This document shows, one piece after another, positions 22,346 to 31,818 of a stretch of DNA of 49,470 nucleotides. Under the pieces are notes generated by a model. It was not told the origin of the DNA and made no database searches. It saw only the letters and a list, made by a program, of their open reading frames with translations. The DNA is taken from assembly GCA_900128395.1 (NCBI GenBank), contig LT649273.1, positions 1 through 49,470 of the forward strand. Reading direction: 5' to 3'. Numbering within the stretch: position 1 is the stretch's first letter; each line of letters starts with the position of its first letter. This DNA comes from Stramenopiles sp. TOSAG23-2 (lineage: Eukaryota). The position numbers and the translations under genes were made by a program.

Positions 22346-22659
22346 ATAAAATATACCGATTTTTAATATAATACGTATTCATTTTAAAAAATATAATTTA
22401 AATGATATATATAAGATAATGTATACGCGTGTATTAAGAGCTTCATATATTACGAGCGCGTATATTAAATATTATACGAGTATATATAACGAGTATATGC
22501 ATATATATGTGTTTTTCTCTTACTCATATGTTATATAAAATTCTTTTACTCCCGTTTATTAACATCTCAGATCAAAAATGATTTATAGATTTTAGTAAAA
22601 ATTATTTAGTATTCAAAAGATGTTTCCGCTCATATATAAAATGTTCTCTTACTCATATA

Positions 22660-23115
22660 TTATATATAAAGTTGTAAATCACATTCTTTAATCAATCTAA
22701 ATGTTTTCTCATTGTCGTTATCCAATTTAACTTTCAATTTTCCATCCTTACGGGAGGGCACCTCAATAACTGTCCCTCTACTTCCTTGTTTAAACGTTGC
22801 ATTACCTGTTGTATAGTCCTTCGTTAATTGTATTTCGCGCCCAACAAAGCTCACAACATCCTGAGTCTCTTTAATACTCAGAGAGTACATCTCAGGAGAT
22901 GATTGTAATTGACTATTTTCACTATCTTCAATATCATCAATTGAAGGAGGCAGTTGAAGAATAACATCGTTGGAGTTCTCCATTCGTTTATCGGTTTTTG
23001 TATTTGTTTTTGATTGAACCGATGTGTGACGAATAGAGTCATTCCTGCTGATGTGGTCTCTGTCATGTGTCTCAGATAAAGCTGCTCCGGCAGTAAATTT
23101 AGAGTTAGAGTGCAT
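22660..23115 (-). CDS. Hypothetical protein, C-terminal SH3-like small beta-barrel
   Basis: 151-aa ORF with coding-like composition in AT-rich flanks. VGREIQLTKDY...KQGSRGTVIEV...KLKVKLD pattern. Confidence 0.5.
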   Translation of the reverse strand: MHSNSKFTAGAALSETHDRDHISRNDSIRHTSVQSKTNTKTDKRMENSNDVILQLPPSIDDIEDSENSQLQSSPEMYSLSIKETQDVVSFVGREIQLTKDYTTGNATFKQGSRGTVIEVPSRKDGKLKVKLDNDNEKTFRLIKECDLQLYI

Positions 23116-23311
23116 ATATATATATATATATACGAGTATGATATGGTGCGCTATATGATACGAAGTATAATATACGAAAAATAAATACGAATATGAGTAA
23201 AAATATTTTTTTACGCGCGTATATTATTTTTTGTGTAATCATTTTGTCTTTCGTTTTTTATACGAAGCGTATATGATACATACATTTTTAAATATTTAAA
23301 ATATATATTTT

Positions 23312-24346
23312 TTACCCTCGTCGTTGCCGAACGTTTCTCTCTTGATCATTAGCATTTGATGTAGATCGACTACGACCTCTTTTTCTTCCATTATTATTAT
23401 TATTATTGTCAATGCTTGCATTATTTTGAACATTACTGTTATTATTATTAATGTTAGCTGCTGCTTGTTGCCTTTGTTGTTGTTGCATTTGTTGCATTTT
23501 TACATGAAAATCAAATGCACCATATATTAAACCATAACCACTTCCACCAAAACCACCTTGACTACCACGTGGACCACCAGGCCCTTGTTGTTGTTGCATT
23601 TGTTGCATTTTTACATGAAAATCAAATGCACCATATATTAAACCATAACCACTTCCACCAAAACCACCTTGACTACCACGTGGACCACCAGGGCCAGATC
23701 CACCTTTGTTTCTATCTTGTTTCTTATCTGGAATAATTGGAACTTTACCACCACGATTTTCTGCACGTTTAATTTCAACACTTTTACCTTCTATAGCATG
23801 TCGATGTTTTAATACCTCATCAATGGTATCTTGGAGTGCAAATGTTACGAAACCAAAACCACGTGAGCGCCCTGTTTGTCTATTTTTTGTAATTGTACAT
23901 TCATCTACAGCACCAAACCGTTCAAAATATGCAATAATACCATCAGTTGTTGTTGATAATTTAAGACCACCAACAAATACTTTTCTTGCATTTTTACTAC
24001 GTTCTTCCTCAACTTTTTTTTGGAAAATTGGATTATATTCTGGTACAGAGTGTGCTACTTTTCGATTGTAATTGTTGTTGTTTCCACTACTACCTACACC
24101 TTTTTGTGCAGGTTTTAATTCTACACGTTTCCCATCTATTGTATGTTCCATTGGCATGACTTGCCTTACTGTGTCCACAGTCGTAAATTGAACAAAACCA
24201 AAACCTCTTGATTTTTGTGTCATACGATCGAACACAATGTTTGTTGCTACCACTTCGCCATAGCGACTAAAATATACTTTTAATGAATTTGCAGAAGTTA
24301 AATGATTCAAACCACCTACAAATATTTTTGCTGCTGGGTCCTCCAT
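23312..24346 (-). CDS. Two-RRM RNA-binding protein (hnRNP A1/Musashi/DAZAP1-like)
   Basis: KIFVGGL / RGFGFVQF and KVFVGGL / RGFGFVTF RNP2/RNP1 motifs, with a Gly/Gln/Asn-rich tail. The true ATG (MEDPAAK) is at 24346. Confidence 0.93.
   Translation of the reverse strand: MEDPAAKIFVGGLNHLTSANSLKVYFSRYGEVVATNIVFDRMTQKSRGFGFVQFTTVDTVRQVMPMEHTIDGKRVELKPAQKGVGSSGNNNNYNRKVAHSVPEYNPIFQKKVEEERSKNARKVFVGGLKLSTTTDGIIAYFERFGAVDECTITKNRQTGRSRGFGFVTFALQDTIDEVLKHRHAIEGKSVEIKRAENRGGKVPIIPDKKQDRNKGGSGPGGPRGSQGGFGGSGYGLIYGAFDFHVKMQQMQQQQGPGGPRGSQGGFGGSGYGLIYGAFDFHVKMQQMQQQQRQQAAANINNNNSNVQNNASIDNNNNNNGRKRGRSRSTSNANDQERNVRQRRG
23474..23692. repeat. In-frame coding tandem duplication, period 111 bp (37 aa)
   Basis: GPGGPRGSQGGFGGSGYGLIYGAFDFHVKMQQMQQQQ occurs twice. 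Confidence 0.9.
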
Positions 24347-24471
24347 TATATTATTATTATTTATTATTATATCGTAATAATGCAAAAAAAAAATAAAATA
24401 ATAATTATCAAAAAATAAAAAATGAAATTTTAAAAACTGATTAGACGTAACTATCTGTAAAGTAATATTAT

Positions 24472-24704
24472 AAAACAAAATAAAATAAGTACACGAGACG
24501 ACTATCTAAAAAATTATTATAAACAACAAAGATGAACATCTATAAAATAAATATAGAAACAACAACTATTACAATCTCATTTATCAAAACAAAATAAAAT
24601 AAGTACACGAGACGACTATCTAAAAAATTATTATAAACAACATAGATGAACATCTATAAAATAATATAGAAGCAACAAAACTATTACAATCTCACATTTA
24701 TCAA
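24472..24704. repeat. Imperfect tandem duplication, period ~114 bp, upstream of the RRM gene
   Basis: aaaacaaaataaaataagtacacgagacgactatc... starts at 24472 and 24586, with a few substitutions and indels. Confidence 0.85.
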
Positions 24705-26005
24705 TATATATATATATGTTCATCATAATAATTCTAGAATAATACAAAATCAATAATATTTTTAAATCATCATCATAAAATTGCTCGATAGCATGGACAT
24801 AGCATTACCCCCAAATTCAGAGTTATATTGTAGGGTTAAACCGTTTAAAGTTACCAAAATGACTATTAAATGACGAATTGGAGAGGGGAATAATATCCGA
24901 TATGTATCAATTTGTGACTAATGCTGAATGATAGAATTATTAACATTTAATTTAGTGGATGATTGTTATTACAATAGATGAAAATTTTCCTGAAATTTTA
25001 TTTATTTATTTTTTTTAAATGCAAAAAAATCCTTTAACATGTCGCATCAAAAAAAATCCTTTACCATGTCGCATTAATCTAGGTCCTAGACTTTTAATGT
25101 CGCATCGTCGCATCAGGAGATCATTTCAAACCTCTTCCTAATTGAACTAATTCACTTATAATAAATTCATATTAAAGGCGGCGGCGTTCTGCTTCTTCAG
25201 GAAACACAGAAACGCTGGATTTGTGTACACCTATTTAGATATACTCTGTTTAAATACATATTTGTAGATAATTTATTTTTTATCAATGCTTCTTTTATTT
25301 GTTTTAATTTTGAAACGTGTAGTACTTCATGTTATTGGTGTGCTATACAGTGGACACACAACATCGATCATATTTTTGATTTTAGCACGTTAGTAGCTAC
25401 TAGCGGGCTATACCACCAGGTGGTCCATGTTAATGTTGATCGCAAACTACATTTGTATTTGTAATGCTACCTGGTATTAATTATTCTAGTGCTCTACTTA
25501 TTTTTAAAATACAGTTTATTTTTCTTCTTAAATATATATCTATATTTCTTCAAAATTAAATTTTTATTTTGATAGGGTAGATATATACTTAAAGGAAATG
25601 TAGAATACGAAAAACTATAAAATCAAAAAAAATATCTTTTATTTTTATTATTTTTTGGGCTTCTTTTTTATTAATATTTATTTGTTCTTTTTGTACACAT
25701 TTGTATGTACACATTTATATGATTCATACGAGATAAATATGACGGTTTATACATTATATATATATATATCAATATCTAGGTTAGCTAGAGAGAGAGATAG
25801 ATAGATAGATATCTTGTTTTGTATGGAAAGATCGATATTATTTCATTCATATATTCATTCATAGTATATTCGTATTGTATCTAAACGTGTGCCTTGAGTT
25901 CAAAAACTATACGTGCGTGTGGGGGTTTTGATATATATATATATATATATAGTATAATATAATATAATAGTATTTTTGATTAATATTTAAATATCATACA
26001 GGAAA

Positions 26006-26730
26006 ATGGCCGAATTTGAATTAAGCATATTACAAGCATATATTGATACAATATGGATCAAATACGATACGGACGGTACTGGCACGATATCTGTAGATGA
26101 AACAAAGCAACTGTTATCAGAGATTACAGGTCATGAATCAATATCACATGAAGAATGTGAGCAATTTGTAAAAACATTAGATGAGCAAAAAAAATTGAAA
26201 GATCATAAAGTCAACCATGTAATTGACAAAGACGAATTTATATTTTTCGTTGATGATATGATGCAAATGTCAATAGATGATAGAAAGGAATATGCTACAC
26301 GTGGTTCATTTCAACAAATATTGATGGACTTTGCAAATGGTATACTGTTATGCCACAAATTGGTTTACTTGGGGAACGAATTAGCATTTGTAGCATACGT
26401 AGAATTATCTACCAATCGTTTTTATCATTAATATTGTCACCAACAGTTGCATTATTATATGAAGGAAGAATTGATAATCTATATTTTATAAAAGCAAATT
26501 TATACAGAAGCACTGGTACTATACAAAGAGGTGATATTCGTGATAGTTATATGAAAGATATTTTAGTTGAAAAGCATGCTAGTAAGAAAATTCCTTCTGG
26601 AAGTAGAAACTTGAAAAAGATGCAACAACCAGAGAAAGAAACGGAGGATAGTGAAATATCATTAACTGCTATGAATAGGATAAACGATGATCGCAACGTT
26701 GTTTTAAATCCGTTGAATGAAAGCGTATGA
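26006..26730 (+). CDS. EF-hand protein; join(26006..26339,26447..26730), ~205 aa
   Basis: Canonical loop YDTDGTGTISVDE and a second degenerate loop IDKDEF. A G|GTATAC donor at 26340 and CAACAG acceptor at 26446 give an in-frame phase-1 join of the two overlapping ORFs. Confidence 0.7.
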
Positions 26731-27353
26731 TAGTGGATCAGATAATGTTATTGTCGAAAAAACTTCATTCAAAATGAGGAGGAGACATCATGTATTAATA
26801 TATAATAAAATACGTACTCGTACGAGCGTAGTTTTTACGTCGTACGAAAACGAAGTGTATTATTTTTTAAATATTTAATTATAATGCTTTTATGATACGA
26901 ATAATATAAATAAATATGCACCAGTGTAATAATTTGTGGTGCGATTTATTTAATTTTTACCCCAAGAAAAATATTTTAAAATAACCACACAAATCCCTCT
27001 CTCCTTTTTTTCCTTTATAACTTCGATTTCAATTCTTTTTTTTCTTCCAATGTGAAATATGGTGATGTTCGTCCATCATTAAAAATATCATTAACTGCTA
27101 TGAATAGGATAAACGATGATCGCAACGTTGTTTTAAACCCGTTGAATGAAAGCGTATAATATATAAATAAATATGCACCAGTCATATAATATGCACCAGT
27201 AATAATTTGTGGTGCGATTTATTTAATTTTTACCCCAAGAGAAATATTTTAAAATAACCACACAAATCCCTCTCTCCTTTTTTTCCTTTTATAACTTCGC
27301 TTTCAATTCTTTTTTTTCTTCCAATGTGAAATATGGTGATGTTCGTCCATCAT
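26655..27353. repeat. Duplication of the junction between two convergent genes
   Basis: 26655-26728 matches 27083-27157 (EF-hand gene 3' end). 26902-27081 matches ~27158-27353 (UTR plus 3' end of the NMO gene). About 170 bp of extra sequence is present only in copy 1. Confidence 0.85.
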
Positions 27354-28521
27354 TAGAAGTAGTTGTGGTGGAATACGATGACATGATGGATGATGATGAA
27401 GTTGCATTGCTTGCAACTTTTCGTTTTGTTTGCTGTTGTGTGGTAGTACTGATGGCGTTGACATATTTACTTGCAACTTGTAAATGCTCCACAGCTTGAT
27501 CTACCATTTGATCCACAATAGCTTTTGCTGGCAATACATCATCAATTGCACCAGCAGCTTGACCCATAATAAATATTCTACGTTTCATCCATTCTGGCAA
27601 TGGTGCATCATCATTCAATTTATCAACATATGAATTGCGTTCATTTCCAACAGGGACTGGAACAATACCTTTACTAGTTGCTTCTTTGATCAAATGCTGT
27701 TTATTTGTTTCCCAATCATCGACAAATTTTGTACGATAAACACGAGCTGGACGCCCAGTATAGATTAATGTTTTGACAGTATCGGTATAAGTTGCTTGTT
27801 TCAATAATTTTTGATGATATGGCCCAGCACCTGCTTCTTCTGCATTTACAAATCTTGTACCTACCCAAACACCAGCTGCACCCATTGATAATGCCATTGC
27901 TAAACCACGACCATCAAATATACCACCAGCAGCAACTACAATTACTTGCTCCCCAGTCATCGGCGATTTACATCCTTTACATTGATCAACTACTTTTGGT
28001 ATTAAAATAGAAGTTGGAATTTCCCCTGTATGCCCACCACCTTCACCACCTTGACAACATATAATATCAACACCTACATTTAATGCTTTTGGAACATGTT
28101 TCACAGCACCAACCATATTCATGACTAAAATACCTGCAGCATGCAATTTGTCCACCATATAACGTGGCGGAACGCCGACTGCACAAACAAAAAGTGCAGC
28201 ACCTTTTTCAATCATAACATTTGTTAGTTCATCCAATTTACCACCAGTATAATCTTTATTTGTTTTACGTGCACTACCACCAACTTGTGGCAATAATAAA
28301 TCAACACCAAACGGTGCATTTTTATCAACTAAATTTTCTTTTAATTCATCGATCGTATTACGCATTGCATTAGGTGAAAGTCCACCACCACCAATTGTAC
28401 CAATACCACCTGCATTGGTCACGGCAGCTGCCAGCTCTGGTCCTGCAGCACCACCCATACCAGCTAACATTACTGGATGTTTAATTTTTAATAATTTCGT
28501 TAATGGTGTTGATAATGACAT
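27289..28521 (-). CDS. Nitronate monooxygenase / 2-nitropropane dioxygenase (FabK-like FMN TIM barrel)
   Basis: LKIKHPVMLAGM, ELAAAVTNAGGIG, QGGEGGGHTG and VVAAGGIFDGRGLAMALSMGAAGVWVGTRF. Confidence 0.93.
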   Translation of the reverse strand: MSLSTPLTKLLKIKHPVMLAGMGGAAGPELAAAVTNAGGIGTIGGGGLSPNAMRNTIDELKENLVDKNAPFGVDLLLPQVGGSARKTNKDYTGGKLDELTNVMIEKGAALFVCAVGVPPRYMVDKLHAAGILVMNMVGAVKHVPKALNVGVDIICCQGGEGGGHTGEIPTSILIPKVVDQCKGCKSPMTGEQVIVVAAGGIFDGRGLAMALSMGAAGVWVGTRFVNAEEAGAGPYHQKLLKQATYTDTVKTLIYTGRPARVYRTKFVDDWETNKQHLIKEATSKGIVPVPVGNERNSYVDKLNDDAPLPEWMKRRIFIMGQAAGAIDDVLPAKAIVDQMVDQAVEHLQVASKYVNAISTTTQQQTKRKVASNATSSSSIMSSYSTTTTSNDGRTSPYFTLEEKKELKAKL

Positions 28522-28673
28522 GGTTATTTATTCTATAAGTAAAAAAGTTTTCAAATAAACTAGAAAATGTTAAAGTGTTTAATTTTTAATAATTTCGTTA
28601 ATGGTGTTGATAATGACATGGTTATTTATTCTATAAGTAAAAAAGTTTTCAAATAAACTAGAAAATGTTAAAG
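28478..28673. repeat. Exact tandem duplication, 2 x 98 bp spanning the NMO start codon
   Basis: 28478-28575 is identical to 28576-28673. Confidence 0.92.
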
Positions 28674-29075
28674 CAATTGTTCTAGTTGATATTACTCTAC
28701 CAATCCTTGTATAACTTTCTCCATCTCTCTCGATCTCTCTCGCTATTTACATAATTATATAGACAACTGTTAATTGAAATTAATAATGAAATTTAATTAA
28801 GGAGACTCTGTCTGTGGGTAGGACTGTTTACTGTTTTTGTTTTTATTACGATAATACGGGGGTGAAAGTTTGGTACAGGTAAATGTATTCTAAAAATATA
28901 TCCTATCAAAACCAACCCATTGCCATGAAATTACTATACTTTTTATACAGACATAATAAATCAGTATAAACTTTTAACTTTACTGAATTTACCTGGTACA
29001 CTTTTTACAAAATTTTACTATATATATAAATAATTGAAATAATGGGACAATGGAACACACTAGAAATATTTTCAA

Positions 29076-29567
29076 TTATTTTTTATAGTTTGTCACTACC
29101 ACTTTTTTTGGTTTTCGTAGGGTAGGCAAAGTCATTTCTATATCTCCATTATGAATATCAATGCCATGTTCGTTGCCTTTCTTTTTATTAATATTAGTAA
29201 CAACAGACTTTTCTTTCATGTTTTGATGCAATGGATTTATGAAGGAAACGCTATCACGTCTATCATAAATATCTTCCGGCAAGTTTGCTTTCTTTTTACA
29301 ATTGCAGTGTTTATATTTATGGCGATACTTATAGAGAAGAATAACCATAAAATAGACGATAAAGACACTATTGACAAATGCAATTGATACTTCAACTATC
29401 CATCTCCTGCCACTTGAGCGAAAGCTATTTGATTGAAACAAACTTGCGAGTATCGATAAAATAAATATATACACGTTACAAAATTTAATTAAATCCATGA
29501 TTGCATTGTCTCCTTTATTATTGTAGTACAGGTTGCCTTTCTCCTTTTCTTGATTATACATCAACAC
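29076..29567 (-). CDS. Possible terminal exon or remnant of a membrane protein (two TM helices plus basic tail)
   Basis: Two hydrophobic segments followed by a tail (FINPL, DIEMT) similar in style to the tail of the first gene. No convincing start or upstream exon. Confidence 0.35.
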   Translation of the reverse strand: MLMYNQEKEKGNLYYNNKGDNAIMDLIKFCNVYIFILSILASLFQSNSFRSSGRRWIVEVSIAFVNSVFIVYFMVILLYKYRHKYKHCNCKKKANLPEDIYDRRDSVSFINPLHQNMKEKSVVTNINKKKGNEHGIDIHNGDIEMTLPTLRKPKKVVVTNYKK

Positions 29568-30316
29568 ATATATATCTATCTTATATACAATATATTTCTG
29601 TGCTACGTATTAGAAGTATACGCACCTTTTCTTGTTCTGCTTCTCTGCTTTCTCTGCTTCTGCTGATTTCCAGATTCACTTCCTATCATCAACATTAGAG
29701 GTAGCTGTACTTGTATTAATTTGTGCCACATCTCCTCCTCACAAAGTCAATTTTTAATGAAAATATTTATCGACGAAACCGAAATGACAATTATTGTATA
29801 TAATAATTTTATAAAATATAAAATATCCGAATAATGTATGATATAATTTATACAATATATAGCAACTATACATTGAGAAAATACCATCAAAATTCCAATA
29901 AATACATGATGATAGATGCAAAAATCTGATATGAAAAATGAAATTATTCCATTCGCACATTCCTCGATTTCATCATGATTAACATTCATTTTAATTTTTC
30001 GTCGATAAATAATAATATTTTCACCTCCTGAAATCTTGTTTTTATTAGTGCTATGTAGTGCTAAATTTATCGATAATCCTTGGACAAAACATCATATATA
30101 TATTTACTTAATTGGTTCTTAATCTATACCTCCCAGACCTCAATACATTGCAATTCGAGATATTTGGAAAGAAAAGACATTATATATCATATTCTTTTAG
30201 ATATATATATATATATAGATATATATAAAAATAGGAATTATTTTTTGGGGGTCAGTATCTTCAGTCGTCTAAACAGAAACTATTATTTTTAACATATAAT
30301 TTCAATTGACAAAATA

Positions 30317-30529
30317 ATGGCAGAAATGATGAAAGAAAAGAAAAAGAAAAAAATGAAAAAAAAGAAAAAAATGAAAAAACAAGAAGAAGTAGTAATGGTA
30401 GTAGAACATAATGATGTTGATGATATTAAAAAAAAGAAAAAAAAGAAAAAGAAATCAAAGGATAAAAGAAAAGAGAAATCGCCACCATCATCAAAAACAA
30501 CCACAAAAATAAATAATACATCTTTCTCT

Positions 30530-30566
<37 letters not shown>

Positions 30567-30589
30567 GTAATGTAAACAATTCCACAACA

Positions 30590-30677
<88 letters not shown>

Positions 30678-31417
30678 GTAATGTAAACAATTCCACAACA
30701 AACACGAACAATAATAACAACAATAATAACAATAATAATGTTGATAATAATAATAATACAGAAAAAAAGAAAAAACGTAAACGAAAACCAAAAAAGAAAA
30801 AGAAAAAACAAAAGCCGGTGAAATTCAATACATCGTTAGTAAAAATCAATAGAATGAAAACAGTTATTGTAAATGGTATGCCACATGGTACTAAAGTGAA
30901 TAATGTACGTAAATTTTTTCGACCTTGTGGTGGTATACAATATATAACAATGCAAAAATTTGATGATACTGGTAAAACAAGAGGAATGTGTACAATAACA
31001 TTCAAAAGTTTAGTTGCTGCACAAAAAGCAATTGGATTGACTGGTAAATGGTGGGGTAAACGTTATGTTGAAATTAAACAATACATCGGATTAGGTGATG
31101 CATATACACCACCAGATGTTAATGACATGCCAGAGGATTGTTATACAATTTATGTTGGCAATTTAGATTTTAAAGTTGAAGAAAAAGATATAAACGATGC
31201 ATTCATTGGTTGTGGGGAAATACAAGAAATTCGTATAGCAACAGACTCTGATGGAAATAAACGAGGATTTGCTCATATAACATTTGCAAAACAGGAAAGT
31301 GTTAAACAAGCAATTTTAAATTTAGCAAGTGGTGATTATTTATTAAAGAATAGACCGATTAAAATCGATTATGATATTCCACATACGGATTTACCATATG
31401 ATGGTGAGGGAGTGTGA
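30317..31417 (+). CDS. Two-RRM nucleolin/Nsr1-like RNA-binding protein with Lys-rich and poly-Asn N-terminus
   Basis: TVIVNGMP / RGMCTITF and TIYVGNL / RGFAHITF motifs, plus RPIKIDY. Confidence 0.88.
30532..30759 (+). repeat. (AAT)n microsatellite encoding poly-Asn, with an internal 111-bp-period duplication
   Basis: Long aat runs. agtaatgtaaacaattccacaacaaa occurs at 30566 and 30677. Confidence 0.95.
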
Positions 31418-31818
31418 ATTTAATATTTGTACGTTGTATAAATTTTTTATTACACGAGAGTACCGTAATTCTTTATTTTTAAAAAATATTACCGTATATC
31501 ATTTATATATATATATATACGTATAAATATATACCGTAATGATAATTTAGTTTACGCATACGAGTATATATTACGAATATATCATATACGAGTGTATATG
31601 TGATATATCATACTCGTATATTTTTTTATTTAAAAATATTATAATTAAAATTCAACACCACTTATTTATTCTGTGATAAATAAACTACACGCTCCAAAAG
31701 AATACAAAGCGCGTACTTTAACTTATATCTCTCTATTAACATTGAGACCCAAGATCCACTTTTCCTACACGTTTAACTTTTTTTTTTATTTCATCGGTAC
31801 TATTTGCATCGATTTTTC

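Noticed and set aside
24347-24478. N-terminal extensions given by the ORF track (also 7983-7991 and 38980-39024)
   Set aside because: They start at non-ATG codons in AT-rich UTR sequence. The downstream ATGs fit the domain starts.
24782-24820. U6 snRNA-like words (AGCATGG...CAAATTC)
   Set aside because: No ACAGAGA box or internal stem-loop, so a chance match.
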